This document shows, piece after piece, positions 37,320 to 48,700 of a stretch of 64,000 nucleotides of DNA (positions are counted from its first letter, which is position 1; each line of letters opens with the position of its first letter). Under the pieces are notes generated by a model. It had not been told where the DNA came from. It saw nothing but the letters and a program-made list of their open reading frames with translations, and ran no database searches. The translations under genes and the position numbers were made by a program. Source of the stretch: Phallusia mammillata (lineage: Eukaryota); the NCBI GenBank assembly GCA_965637545.1, contig OZ281497.1:14818001-14882000 (forward strand), given 5' to 3'.

Positions 37320-40032
37320 ATTCTCGTCGATTTTCATCCTCATGACAACTTTACAACCCAATTCCCGTTGCTATGGCAACGTCCACCACACAGTCAGTGT
37401 TGCATTTCAGGGCGAGAGTCCTTGCCTGGTGGCCAGCGCTTTACCTATTTATTTTCCACCATATAGTTAACGCAGTTGTTCAGAGTTTTTTTCAAAGAAC
37501 GCAGGTGCCCCTGAATGACTGACGCAATTTCCCTTGTAGACATTTGAGGTTATCGAAAGGTCGTCTGGCCATTGCATCATATGTATAGTTCAATTTCGGC
37601 GTGTGTGCCCCTCGGCCGTTGCACGCTGCTTCGTCATAAAATACTATTTTTATACTAAACCCGCCGGTACCGTTTGCCAAAGTAGTGCACCGATCGTTTT
37701 GTGTTCCCCGTATCATCGCAATGCTGGCAGAAAAGTTCGTGTTACACTGTACAGTAGCAAAACTCGCCTATATACTGTGAGTCGTGGCGCGTGGTTCCTC
37801 CCTCGGTTGTTGTAAGCCAATAAACTCTTCCCGTAACTTTCAAGGAAGCTAGACCAGCAAAATTCCCCCGCGCTCGTCAATGGACTGCGATCTGACATTT
37901 ATTGTTGTGTTTGCGACGAATCAAGTGGCTACTTACAAAGTTCGGTGCTTTGAAAGTTCACTGTTGCCCACCTCATGTGTATGTGTACGTTGTATCTGTG
38001 TTGAACGCGCCTGTTTGTGTGATGGCTCGCCCTGTTCCCCTATATTGCTTCCTGCTTCTGGTCGCCAAACGGCTTGAAAACCTCTTCATATTTTCATCTA
38101 CCGCCAGCGCAGTCCCACCCTGTGTAATGCGATGTAAACCACAGAACAGCCACATTATTATGTTTCAAACAAAGACCGCGTTTGTGTCAGCATATAGCTT
38201 GGTGCTATTGGTAGCGTCGTGTCATATGAGGACAGTCATCTCTTCAAGCCGCTAAAATACCCCGATGTAACCTTCCAACGCATGCACTAAAGATTTTGCG
38301 CCTGTCTGCTTCGATGATTTATGGTAACAGATCGTTGGTTTGTCGCCAGCGGTGTTTCTTTTCTCGCAAATCTTCTCCGCGTTACGTGTCCTGTCGTTTG
38401 TCGGGCCACCATCTATATTTTGTATGTGTCGAGCGCATTTTCTCGTGTAAAATTCTCCACATGAACTTACATTTACCGTGTGATTTTTGCCCAACCAGAC
38501 TCAACGGTTACAAGAAAGCAAAAACTTGAGCCTGGAAAGCAAAAAATAGACATGCCACATTTTGGGAGGGAATAGGTTTTAAGTTTGCGGTTAGTGATGT
38601 GGTAAAGGTCAGGCCATCTACGTCACAGCTACCCGTTGCTTGGTGTTCGGGCTGATAATCGTGGTGTTGTAAAGGTCAGCTGTAAAGCGTTGAACACTCA
38701 AGTCGTCATGCAATTAAATCGACCAGCCAGTGGCGCTGGCAACGTCATTTCCGATTTCAAAGACTTACATGTCCCGTGTTTTAATGATATGCGTGATTAA
38801 AACATATATACAACACGCTTTTATGCCATGATGTCCTTATTGGTTTGTAGGCCTCCATGTTTGTTAAAGTATGGCCTCTAAACGTTAAATGTACAAACAT
38901 TATTTGTGCCAAATTTTTGGCTAGATAGCGTTTATTTTAAAATTTAAATTTTGCTTTGCTGCAAAGTTGAAATAGCATGCCGAACGACGTCAACGCCCGT
39001 TAGCTGCCTAACAACTGTTTCAGATGTAGGTCAAGCATATTTTGCGCAAGAAATTTTCATGAATTTATGAGTTTAACACCAGGTAAAGTTCGCATTGTCC
39101 CCACGATGTGTCAGAACAGCGTCAAACCACGTCGAAGCGATCCACTGACTTGCCGCTGGGCATGCAGTGTATCGTTAGCCGACTTTATCGCCTGCATCGG
39201 AATGTCTAAGCTTTGTGGTTGCTGGGTCATATACTATGTGTGTGGAGGAATCTAGGTCATATACTGACTGACTGACGGAATTGTAAAAACCCTCGGTTTG
39301 TATCCGGTTTTATTGTGTCCGAACGAACAGTTGGTCAAAAAAATCGAATGCAAAGAAATACTACACTTACAGTAACATACATCAAAAAATTTTGCTTGGC
39401 CTTGTGCTGCGTGTGCAACGGTAGTTGATAAATGATTTGCAGATGACGCATGCCAGTCGTGACACATCGACACGACGTTTTGCTCACACTCTGTTCGGTC
39501 AAATGCCAATTTAGTGTCGCTATGTCCGGAAAGCATTACTCTTCGGACGCTTAGTAATCCAGGCGGGTTTGGTGTGGCCGCACACACAATACATTAAGTC
39601 GCAATCGTGTCTTTAAAAATGCGATTAATTGCAATTTGTGTGACGTCATTCGGCAGGGCGAGGCCGTGCCTGCGTGGTGTGAGCTTTCATACCAAATTCG
39701 GCTTTAGTCAATATTAGGCGGTTTGCCGAATGTTGGCGACAACAATATAGGGAGAATGAGAAGGCGCAAGTGGGAAAATTGCAATAGCTTCGTTGCATTT
39801 ATCGTGCTTTCGCAAATAGTTCAAAAAACAACGCTCGGTCGCCATGTTCGGTTATAATTTTAAGTTAAACGCATGATGTACATTAACGTTTGTTTAAACT
39901 AGACATAAAAAAGAAAACTAAACCCAGCAATAAAACAACATATCAAAACTGACTTCGATTTGTACTTGTAGGCGAACGATAAAAATGTAATTTGACTTCA
40001 GTCCATTCCTTGTTTAAGACGACCAACAAATT

Positions 40033-40314
40033 TTATCCGTCTTGCTGCTGTTGGTTGGCCTCAGCCACAGCATCGTTCACGATTTCACTTGACATTCTGT
40101 TTGCGCTTTCCTGTTGCTGCTGATCAATTTCGTCATTGTTGCCAGCAGCCTCTTGCTCGACAGGAGCCTGTTCCACTTCCGCAGCAGTGCCGTTCGCCTC
40201 CTGTTGGGTTTCCTTTGCTTGCTCTTGAGGTTGTTCTTCCGCTGGTGCTGGGGAGGCTGCTGCCTCTTCATTAGCTGCCTCTTTTGCTGATCCTTTGCCA
40301 CAAATTGATCCCAT
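40033..40314 (-). CDS. Small acidic myristoylated/palmitoylated protein with an AKAP-type helix (smAKAP/AKAP18-alpha-like), 93 aa
   Basis: Intronless ORF with an in-frame upstream TAA and AAAATGG start context. MGSICGK N-terminus; A/E/Q-rich body with no aromatic residues; C-terminal ANRMSSEIVNDAVAEA. Confidence 0.85.
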   Translation of the reverse strand: MGSICGKGSAKEAANEEAAASPAPAEEQPQEQAKETQQEANGTAAEVEQAPVEQEAAGNNDEIDQQQQESANRMSSEIVNDAVAEANQQQQDG

Positions 40315-43300
40315 TTTGGTGTAGCGGAGTTTTTGGGGTTAGATTGAACTGGTTTCTGTTGTTTGCCGTTATTTTCTTAAACCAGGACAGCTTGACTTTA
40401 CCCAGTTACAATTAAACACAAACAGCTTCAACTTGGAAACAATTGCTTTTAGGGTTCTGCAATATAAAAAATCGTAAAAATAAACACAAAATCACCAAAA
40501 TCTACAATTAAAAGTCTTGTTGTCACAAACTACGCCCTCGGATTTGCCACTTCTGCGTGCTCGTTCAAGCCTAACCAATTCAACTGAGAGAAAAGCTAAA
40601 GCCTCTACTACAACCAAGTGCCACACAGGAAAACTCAGCTAATTCGCAATGCACTGTCTGCCAACAACTTTCGACTCATTCCGCTGGGTAGTTAAGGAAA
40701 CGAATGCTTCACGATTGCTTCGACTGTGCTGCGGAACAAATCGTTACGCGTTTTACGCAGACCGAACGTAATGAATAAAAGATGTTGTGACTTGCAACCG
40801 CAATTTGGCCCCAGCTGTTAGGTTTGGTACAACAAACACACCAAGCCGCCTCTAGTTCTCAAACTGTGTTAATTTCCCACATTACACAATCTGTTTCGAT
40901 GCGCTGCTCATGAAATATTCAGGGAGGCGTCCCTGATCAGCAAAATCTCAATACCTGCTACTGGTTGCGCGACGTTCAGAAGTAACTCCCCGGAGACTAC
41001 CGATATCGCGATTTGTTTCCATCTTTTTCGGTCGTCGGGCAATTTGGCGGCCCCGGCAGACATTTGTAACTCACAACAATTCCCTATTGATTTTGCTACG
41101 CCTGGCTGCGAGAAGAAAGTCTGTCGCAGTCTTTCTAACTGACTGATTTGCCGCCGCCGCACGAAAAACAAGGTGCCAAGTCAACTAAACTGGCTTTGAA
41201 GCCATCTCCCTTCGTTTAGAGCCGCCGATGACCACTTGTGAATACCGCCCGGCAGGAGGACACTTGCTTTATTGTTTTGAGAAGGAGAAACTACGCAGTC
41301 ATCCATCACCACAAAAGTTTCAAAGTCTAACGATAACTAGTTAAGTCTTCAAGTCGTTATAATTCAAGAGCGACAGAGAAGGCTTGTTGTACGTCTTTTA
41401 ACAATTGCCCTGTTGATTTCATTTGTAAACCTCAACTTGCTCTTAACTTAACAATCCACATATCCAATAAAGATCTTTCAATTTGCGTACATAATACTGT
41501 TTAAAGAATTACCAATCTGTTCGTTTCCTTGTATGGTTTTCGCAAGCAATAAACGAATGCCATTGGAATTGCGTCGCTTGCTCGAGGCTGTTTAGTATTA
41601 TTCGTGGCCACCGCGAGAACGCTATAACACCGATAAGAAAATGCAAACATGAAACGAAAGAGGTGACTTTCCCAAGCTTTGCAGCTAGATTCTCTTTACT
41701 TATGACAAACCAAGTCCCTGGTGTAATATTGCCGGCAGTTTGGACCTCAGAGGCTTGCCAAAGTTTATAGCTACATCCGCTCTCTTCGGCAAATTTGGTC
41801 ATTTCTGAGTCAAACATGAGCTCACTCATAATCCACACCGTTGTCAAACAGTGTATAGCATTTTAATGGATTTTGATATGTACTGCATAATACACCGAAT
41901 TTACGAAGGTTTTTCAAATTCCAAAACGTTAAACAGGTACAAATATATTGTAAAGCTATGAATCCATGTGCATCTATGCTGTGATGTTTTTGATTCGTCT
42001 TTGTTTTTTTATTCGTTTAACACATTTTGCTAGAAATCGCAGTATAACTAAACAAACCAATTTGGCGATGCTACATGTAATATGAAGAAAAAGTCCCAAT
42101 CAGACAATTCGCCGCAAAAGAAAGTATGTAATGTGCAATTAGAGCATTCAAGGGAAGGAATAATTACATGTGTTTGAGGTTTGGCGCATCATTATCGGCA
42201 AATGTAAGTGACATATATATATTAAGCACCCGCATTTAAGTTTGAAAGATTAATGTTAATCTTTGTGTTTGAAACAGTTCCAACAAAATATAAAGAACAA
42301 CTCTAACTAACTGAACACATGTTTGTGTCACACTGGCATTTGTTTGCAGGAACCAATGATGCCATTAACCTTACGTAAATAATCTATTTTAAGGAATATG
42401 TGTACATACCTTTAGATTCTGCATGGCCTGCATGGTTTTTTACACTGGGTTTTCGAATTCTACATGAAACGTTTGAACATAACTTTATTTTCACGACACT
42501 TGCGTATTACTTTGCAACTAACTTCATCTTTAAGACCTACCTACAGTACCTTTTCAAAATGTTTTACAATCTGTCGACTTATCCAATCGTATCGTCCCTT
42601 GTTGTCTAGTGATCTTTTTATTGCCACATTCTGTTACTCCATAGATCGTTTTTGTTTTTTTCTTGATTTTCACAAATATAAATATGTGTGGCTGCTGCAC
42701 TTGTGACTCTCGCTTCCACATTTATTTTACCTGTAGGTAATTTCTCAGCTGTCCGATGTTTGCAGCTGTTTCCTGTTTATGTGTCGCGTTATACCTATGT
42801 GATATTCTTACGAACGTATAACATCATGCTAGACAATAAACTGTCTTGACAAAGAGACTAATATCAATAATAGAAGCAAACGCATTTGTGCAATAAACCA
42901 GCAATCACCAACCCTTATTCCAATTTCCAACATTCACTGGCATTCATTTGCGCTCGTCAAAACCTGCACTTCCCTTTCGGCGTGACATGGGACTACAGCT
43001 CCCACCAAAGCAAAGGATGCGCTTTGTTATTTGCTGGAAGCAAGCGTATAATTAGGCAAACCTTTTGTGCAGTAATAGCCAGTCTAATATCTGCGACATT
43101 CGCTGCTACATGTTGCTGCTGGACGCACAACCTACACCTAGAAGCCCTGCAGCGTCTGCAGTGGTTGTGATCGCTTTGGGCGCGGCTTGTCACATCTAAA
43201 ATCTGCTTTATAAATGTCATTTGCAATATTTCAGTCTCGGTTGGTTTGTCACAGCAGGAAGTAATATGGAAATGATGTCTGATGGTGTTGAAGCAGTTCA

Positions 43301-43985
43301 GACAAAAATGACATTTTACGAAGTTTTGTCCAATGTCCATTTGCAAGTGTTGTAAGACTCAATTCCTAACTTGACTCGAGTCGTTTTATTTAAAAGACTA
43401 TACGTGCTTTAAGACGACATAACCTGACTCGAAGTCTTAAACTGTTCACCATGAAGTTGTCATCTGTCATGGATTCGAAAAAAAACTCCGTTGAACTAAA
43501 TACATTTGCTTCAGTGCCTTGTCAATAACGTTTTTTATCCAAACTTGCTTTAATAAAGCACCGAGAATTTATCCCAAAGTTCTTTTTTCCACTTTAATTT
43601 TGCCATGTCACATTACTCGGTTAAAAACCTCTGTTGTCTTGAAAAGTTTAACACCTGAAATCAAACCTCACAACATCTTTTAAGGCTTGAGTTGTTCGAC
43701 TGATAAGACTGGTTGTTCAACATTGCCAGTAGTATCAGGGAATCTTGCCCCATTTGGTTATGTGATCTCAACCGTCTGACTTAAATTCAAACGTGTCAAC
43801 AACTGATCCATGTTGTATTTACAAACAACTGTGGGCAATTGTATCAAAACATGTTTTTGCTCAATTTCCCACCAAAATTCATCTGTAGCTGCAATCTCGA
43901 AACACGTCACAAAAGTATGGTGAAATATTACTACGAAACAATTATAGAAATTATTTAAAATGTGTCTAAAATTCAATGTTCATAA

Positions 43986-44531
43986 CAGGGCTGCCACTCC
44001 TTGGGATTTTTCCCAAGATCTTGGGATTTTAGTGCTAAGCTTGGAATCTTGGGAAAAACGTTTTAAACCTCGGGATTTTTTGAAATTATCAGTTTAATAC
44101 GTATAAGATTCAATTATTACTATTGTTGCAAACAAAAATGATCCTTTTGCAAAAATCGTCTTTTTATTTAACGATTTGCATAACAGTGCTTCATCAATTT
44201 TGTGTTCCAAGCTGTGTAAGTTGATTGAAATTTCCTGTCAAAACTGGTAAGTTAGGCCAGTACTACAGGCTTTTCGATGTATCATGTAGCCTACCAGTTA
44301 AAAAATGGAGACAAAAAATATTTTTTCTTTTGTTTTTTTCTTGTATATCTTAACGTCTTTTGAAAGGTACGTGATGGCTGGGACGTGGTGGTGTACCTTA
44401 TGTTGCCTGCGCCAGCTAGGATTTAAACTGTTCTTTTGCCATTTTTTGGTTATCTTGGGATTTTTGGACAAACCTTGGGATTTTTTGTGAGGGAAGCTTG
44501 GGATATCTTAAAATTCTCAGTGGCAGCCCTG
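43986..44531. mobile_element. hAT-type MITE (546 bp)
   Basis: Perfect TIR CAGGGCTGCCACT; perfect 8-bp TSD GTTCATAA; subterminal TTGGGATTTT repeats. Confidence 0.92.
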
Positions 44532-44752
44532 GTTCATAACACAAGACTTCGCCAACACTTACAGACATATACCGATAGGACAGACACAAACAATTAGACT
44601 GGCCTTCAGAAATCGAGTCACTTTGAAAGGACTAATTGCCGCAAAATTTATTTTTGTTGGTTAATAAACATTTAGATTCGGAGCAATTTTCAGTTTAATT
44701 ATATATTTCCATATTTGTTTAAGCTTAAAAAGAAATTACTCTTGGCCCCATC

Positions 44753-44932
44753 CACTGGTGGAATTCAAATTTTATGTCAGCCGGTTCTGTCACAAAAGTC
44801 CTATTTTTCAGCCGTTTCTGTTACAAAAAATCCTTTGACAGTAACCAGTAATGCTAACCGGTACGCTGATCTCATAAAATTTCGTGATACGGTTCTATAG
44901 AACCGGTGCGAACCGGCTGAATCCCACCACTG
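44753..44932. mobile_element. hAT-type MITE (180 bp)
   Basis: TIRs CACTGGTGGAATTCA / TGAATCCCACCACTG (13/15); perfect 8-bp TSD GCCCCATC; internal GAACCGG/CCGGTTC motifs. Confidence 0.88.
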
Positions 44933-45716
44933 GCCCCATCACATTTTCTACTTTATACAAAATATGATGTTTGTGACCAATTTCGTACCAGCCGCAAGAC
45001 GGTGCTGTTGCATAGATTCTTTACTTGCTGAGTGTATGGCTGTGTGTCCACTCCTGGCCCAGTTCATGCTGCAAAAAATTGCTGAAGTGCTGAGAGTTAA
45101 AGACCCGCGGCCGCAGGCAAGCGCAGGCCGCAGGTAGACGGCGTGTGGTTTGTGAAGTCTGATTTGTACAAGGTACATTGTATGTTATGAAAAGAATATG
45201 CTATGTTTTCTTCATTGAGTATGCAAGTTGCCAGATTGTTCAGTATAGTAAATACACACACAGTGCAATTTTTAGGATATGGTTTGAATTATTGACAGAA
45301 CATTTTAAATTCACCAAGATTTCCAACACTACACTGTTGTCGTAGTTAATGCAGGAATTCTAGACCGACCAAACATAAGACTGTTATAACTTTATGCTTT
45401 TTAGTTGTAATGGAAATTGTGTGTATATTTTCTACTTTATAATAACTATTATCAAAGTATTGTTTGAATGTAAAATTTCAGGTCTGGAATGTTTGCATGT
45501 ACTTAAATATATTATAAGTTAACATTTATTTGTAAATAGCACTTTTAATGTGTTATGTTAATATCGATTGTATTGGTAATGCTAGCGCTTCAAGCATCAA
45601 TCTAATAAAAGTCCGCAAAAAATTGCAATGTATTTTTACCAGTGAACAACTAAAAAATCCTCTTAACAAACCATATGTTTAGACGAAATATGAAGCATTA
45701 ATTTTGTGTACTGTGG

Positions 45717-48700
45717 ATGTTGTTGGATGTTAAACACATGAAAGGGATGACAAATGCCTATCAAGATAACGGACAGGGTAGTCCTCCCCAGGTCACCATG
45801 CGATCATCGCTTGGTTCCAATTCCAACAAAATGCAATCTGCATCTGATCGGAGAAGAAGCCTAAATGTCTCTCATTTTAATGCTGTCCAAGCTGCTGTTT
45901 CTCAGTTAGCTCGCATAGATGATTTCGATCTTGAAGAATTAGGTTATGGATTCTTTTCTGATGTGTTTAAGGTAATTTTTTGTGCAGTGATTACAAATAT
46001 AAAGGTTTTTTGACAAAGTCAGTTGTGTTTACTACCAATTCAATTTGTTTTGTATTGTGTTTTACACATTTTTGTATGCTAACAATTTGTTGCATTTGCA
46101 AAAAAGCAAACTTGCTGTCAGAAATGAACTTTGCATTTCTCAGAATGTTCCTGCTGGCAAAAATACTACCACAGGACAAAAATATTTTAATGCTTAAAAC
46201 ATTGGATTTGCAAATGCAAGTTGTGTTTGTATTAGCGCTATAAGTATGACCTAGCAACACAATTTGCATACAACTTCCTATTTAAACATGCAGTTAAAAT
46301 AAAGTACAAAATGTGAAATTTTATGGACTTATGCTTGTGGAAAAATGGAAACTCATGCAAGGTGTTTGATTATTAGCTCAACATTGCGTTACATTGATGA
46401 CCAGCCATTATGTCGCACAGGGCCTGCATGTAATGAGGTACAAATAGGTCAATCGTCAGATTAATCAGCGAAACAGATTTTGCATCCGCTGGTTGTTCGC
46501 ACTCGAACGTCGCATCAAATCACAAGCGAGTGTGCCCCGTGTTAGAGTGAACATAGAATTTAAGGTAGATGAAAGAACGGACGCTGATCAAACTCCCGGT
46601 TTTTCAGACCACCCACTCGAACGGAAATATCTACCAAAGCGCCATTGAGTACTACCTGATACTAGATGCGTTATGTTAAAGCCTAAAGGCCATAAACAAC
46701 TTTTCAAAATGCGTCCGCGTGTGTGTATAGTATCCACGTGTACTGCACGCAATACTTACAAAAATTGACATTATTACGGTGATTGTTTTTGCGCGTCATT
46801 AGCATTTTTTGAATTTAAGTCGATTATTAATCCATGAGCATGGACATTGCGGTTGTATAGCGTGACCGGTACGAACTTGCGTAAACAAACATGCGTTTTC
46901 ACGACAACACGTTGCTTTTACTGCAGAAGTGTTTGTTTACATTGGCGAGGACGATTGTGTCTGTTGGCACAAACAACTGACACGGACTTGTCTGACTACA
47001 ATAGCATCTAAAAGTTGCGGTTTATGTTTTACTTAAAAAGTGTTTTTTAACCCCAACAACAAAATCAATCCACACTCGCTGCGTTATCCGTTTATTTGGC
47101 CAGTAGTATAGTCGCCGGAAACAATTTGCTAACGAAGCAAAACGGCCACAAATCAGCCATTGACTACAGATTTCACTTGTTACGTCTTTCTGTTTTGGCC
47201 CAACCATTGAATGTTCATCTCTGTTTTACTCTGTATATAAATCTGTAATACATCCGCATAGGTGCGTAAGGATACTGAGCATTGCGCGAACCGTATCCAA
47301 GCATTATGACATCACACAAACATAAAATACATAAAATTTCATTGGCTGAAATATGCTTGCTTGAACAACAGAATTTCTCAGGCTCTTTTTTGTCCGGGAA
47401 TAACCTTGGCAAACGCAATGTAAATGTGTATTAATAAAGTTAACCCTACTGCAACAAAATTGTTTGTAAGTCATGGTGTGGTCGCAGAATAACTAAAGTT
47501 TTTTAAGAACATCTCTCCTATAGAGATACAGCACTTGTTAAAAAACTTTTTGTTGCACTGTGATCTGTGACAAATAATACCAAGTTGTGATCCAAAAACA
47601 TGTACAGATAAAATAATATACTGTCTGGTTAGATTAAAATCTGTTTGAAGTTAAGCATATGGTGTGATTATTTTATACAAATATATGCAAGTTGTGAATA
47701 GTAAATACAGGCCAGATTCACTTCAGATAAATTTTGTCTTCGTTTCTTACAAACACAAGCATATGTGGTCACCAAGACTTTCGGTTTGCGTTTACGCAAT
47801 ATTTAACTATGTGTGCCAGTGCCTTTTCTCAGTCAACTAAGCAAACCTGAAATTGTGGTTTGAATGGCTGGATCAGGAGAGTAAATATTTTTTGTGGCTT
47901 ACGCAAGAGAACATTATTGTTTCACTGTTGTCCCCTTTCCTAGTTTGTTTTACCCTCCTAGAAGTTTTACCCTCCTCCCCTTTCCTAGTTTGTTTTACCC
48001 TCCTTTACTTATGTCTAATGGTGGTTTCACAATCTAGTGTATTTATGGGTAAAACTCACTTTGTACAAGACAATTATTGCGTAACATGCTTACCTCTTGG
48101 TTGATTACAGACATACTGTTTTGCCCTTCAGTGCAATATGTATAACACACAAGGAATTGATTAGTGGCCATTAAGGCTATTAGCTGTGTCAAATAGGGAC
48201 TTTGCATTAGCAGTAGTCAATTGTTTTCTTGAGGATGTGACCTATGTTTTGTTTTTATTAGGTGACACATAAACAAACTGGCAAAGTGATGGTACTTAAA
48301 AGAAACAAGGAAACCAATTCGAAAATGAACATTCTGCGAGAAGTTCAACTGATGAACAGACTTTCCCATCCCAACATTCTCAAGTAAAACCCAGTTTCAT
48401 TGATTGCTAAAGAGGCAATTATTGATTTTTTTGATAACCTTCCAATCTTGAAGCTGTTGGTTGTCCAGCCTTGCGATTTACAAGTTTGCTACCTCCTACA
48501 TGCTACACATATATATATGTTACAAGTTTTTGAAATTTCAAAACCCTGTTTACTTTTAATTTCAGGTTTAAAGGTGTTTGTGTACATGAGGGACAATTGC
48601 ATGGACTCACTGAGGTAAAAACTGACCATATACAATACATATTCTGTCAAACTTCATAAGTTTAGTTTTATGACTGTGTTAATGCATTTAAATAGACAAT

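Noticed and set aside
37492-38529. Several 60-117 aa ORFs on both strands after the KIF2 stop
   Set aside because: I could not build a phase-consistent spliced frame and saw no motifs; likely 3' UTR or intergenic.
42993-43346. CxxC..HH pattern suggesting a BED finger or transposase
   Set aside because: The spacing is wrong, and no DDE or dimerisation domain lies nearby in any frame.
43345-43727. Possible older MITE with GACTCGAGTC motifs
   Set aside because: Ends and TSD (5/8) are too degenerate to call.
46460-46564. Alternative TESK first exon ending ...EFK|GT in the right phase
   Set aside because: No ATG between the upstream in-frame stop and the donor.
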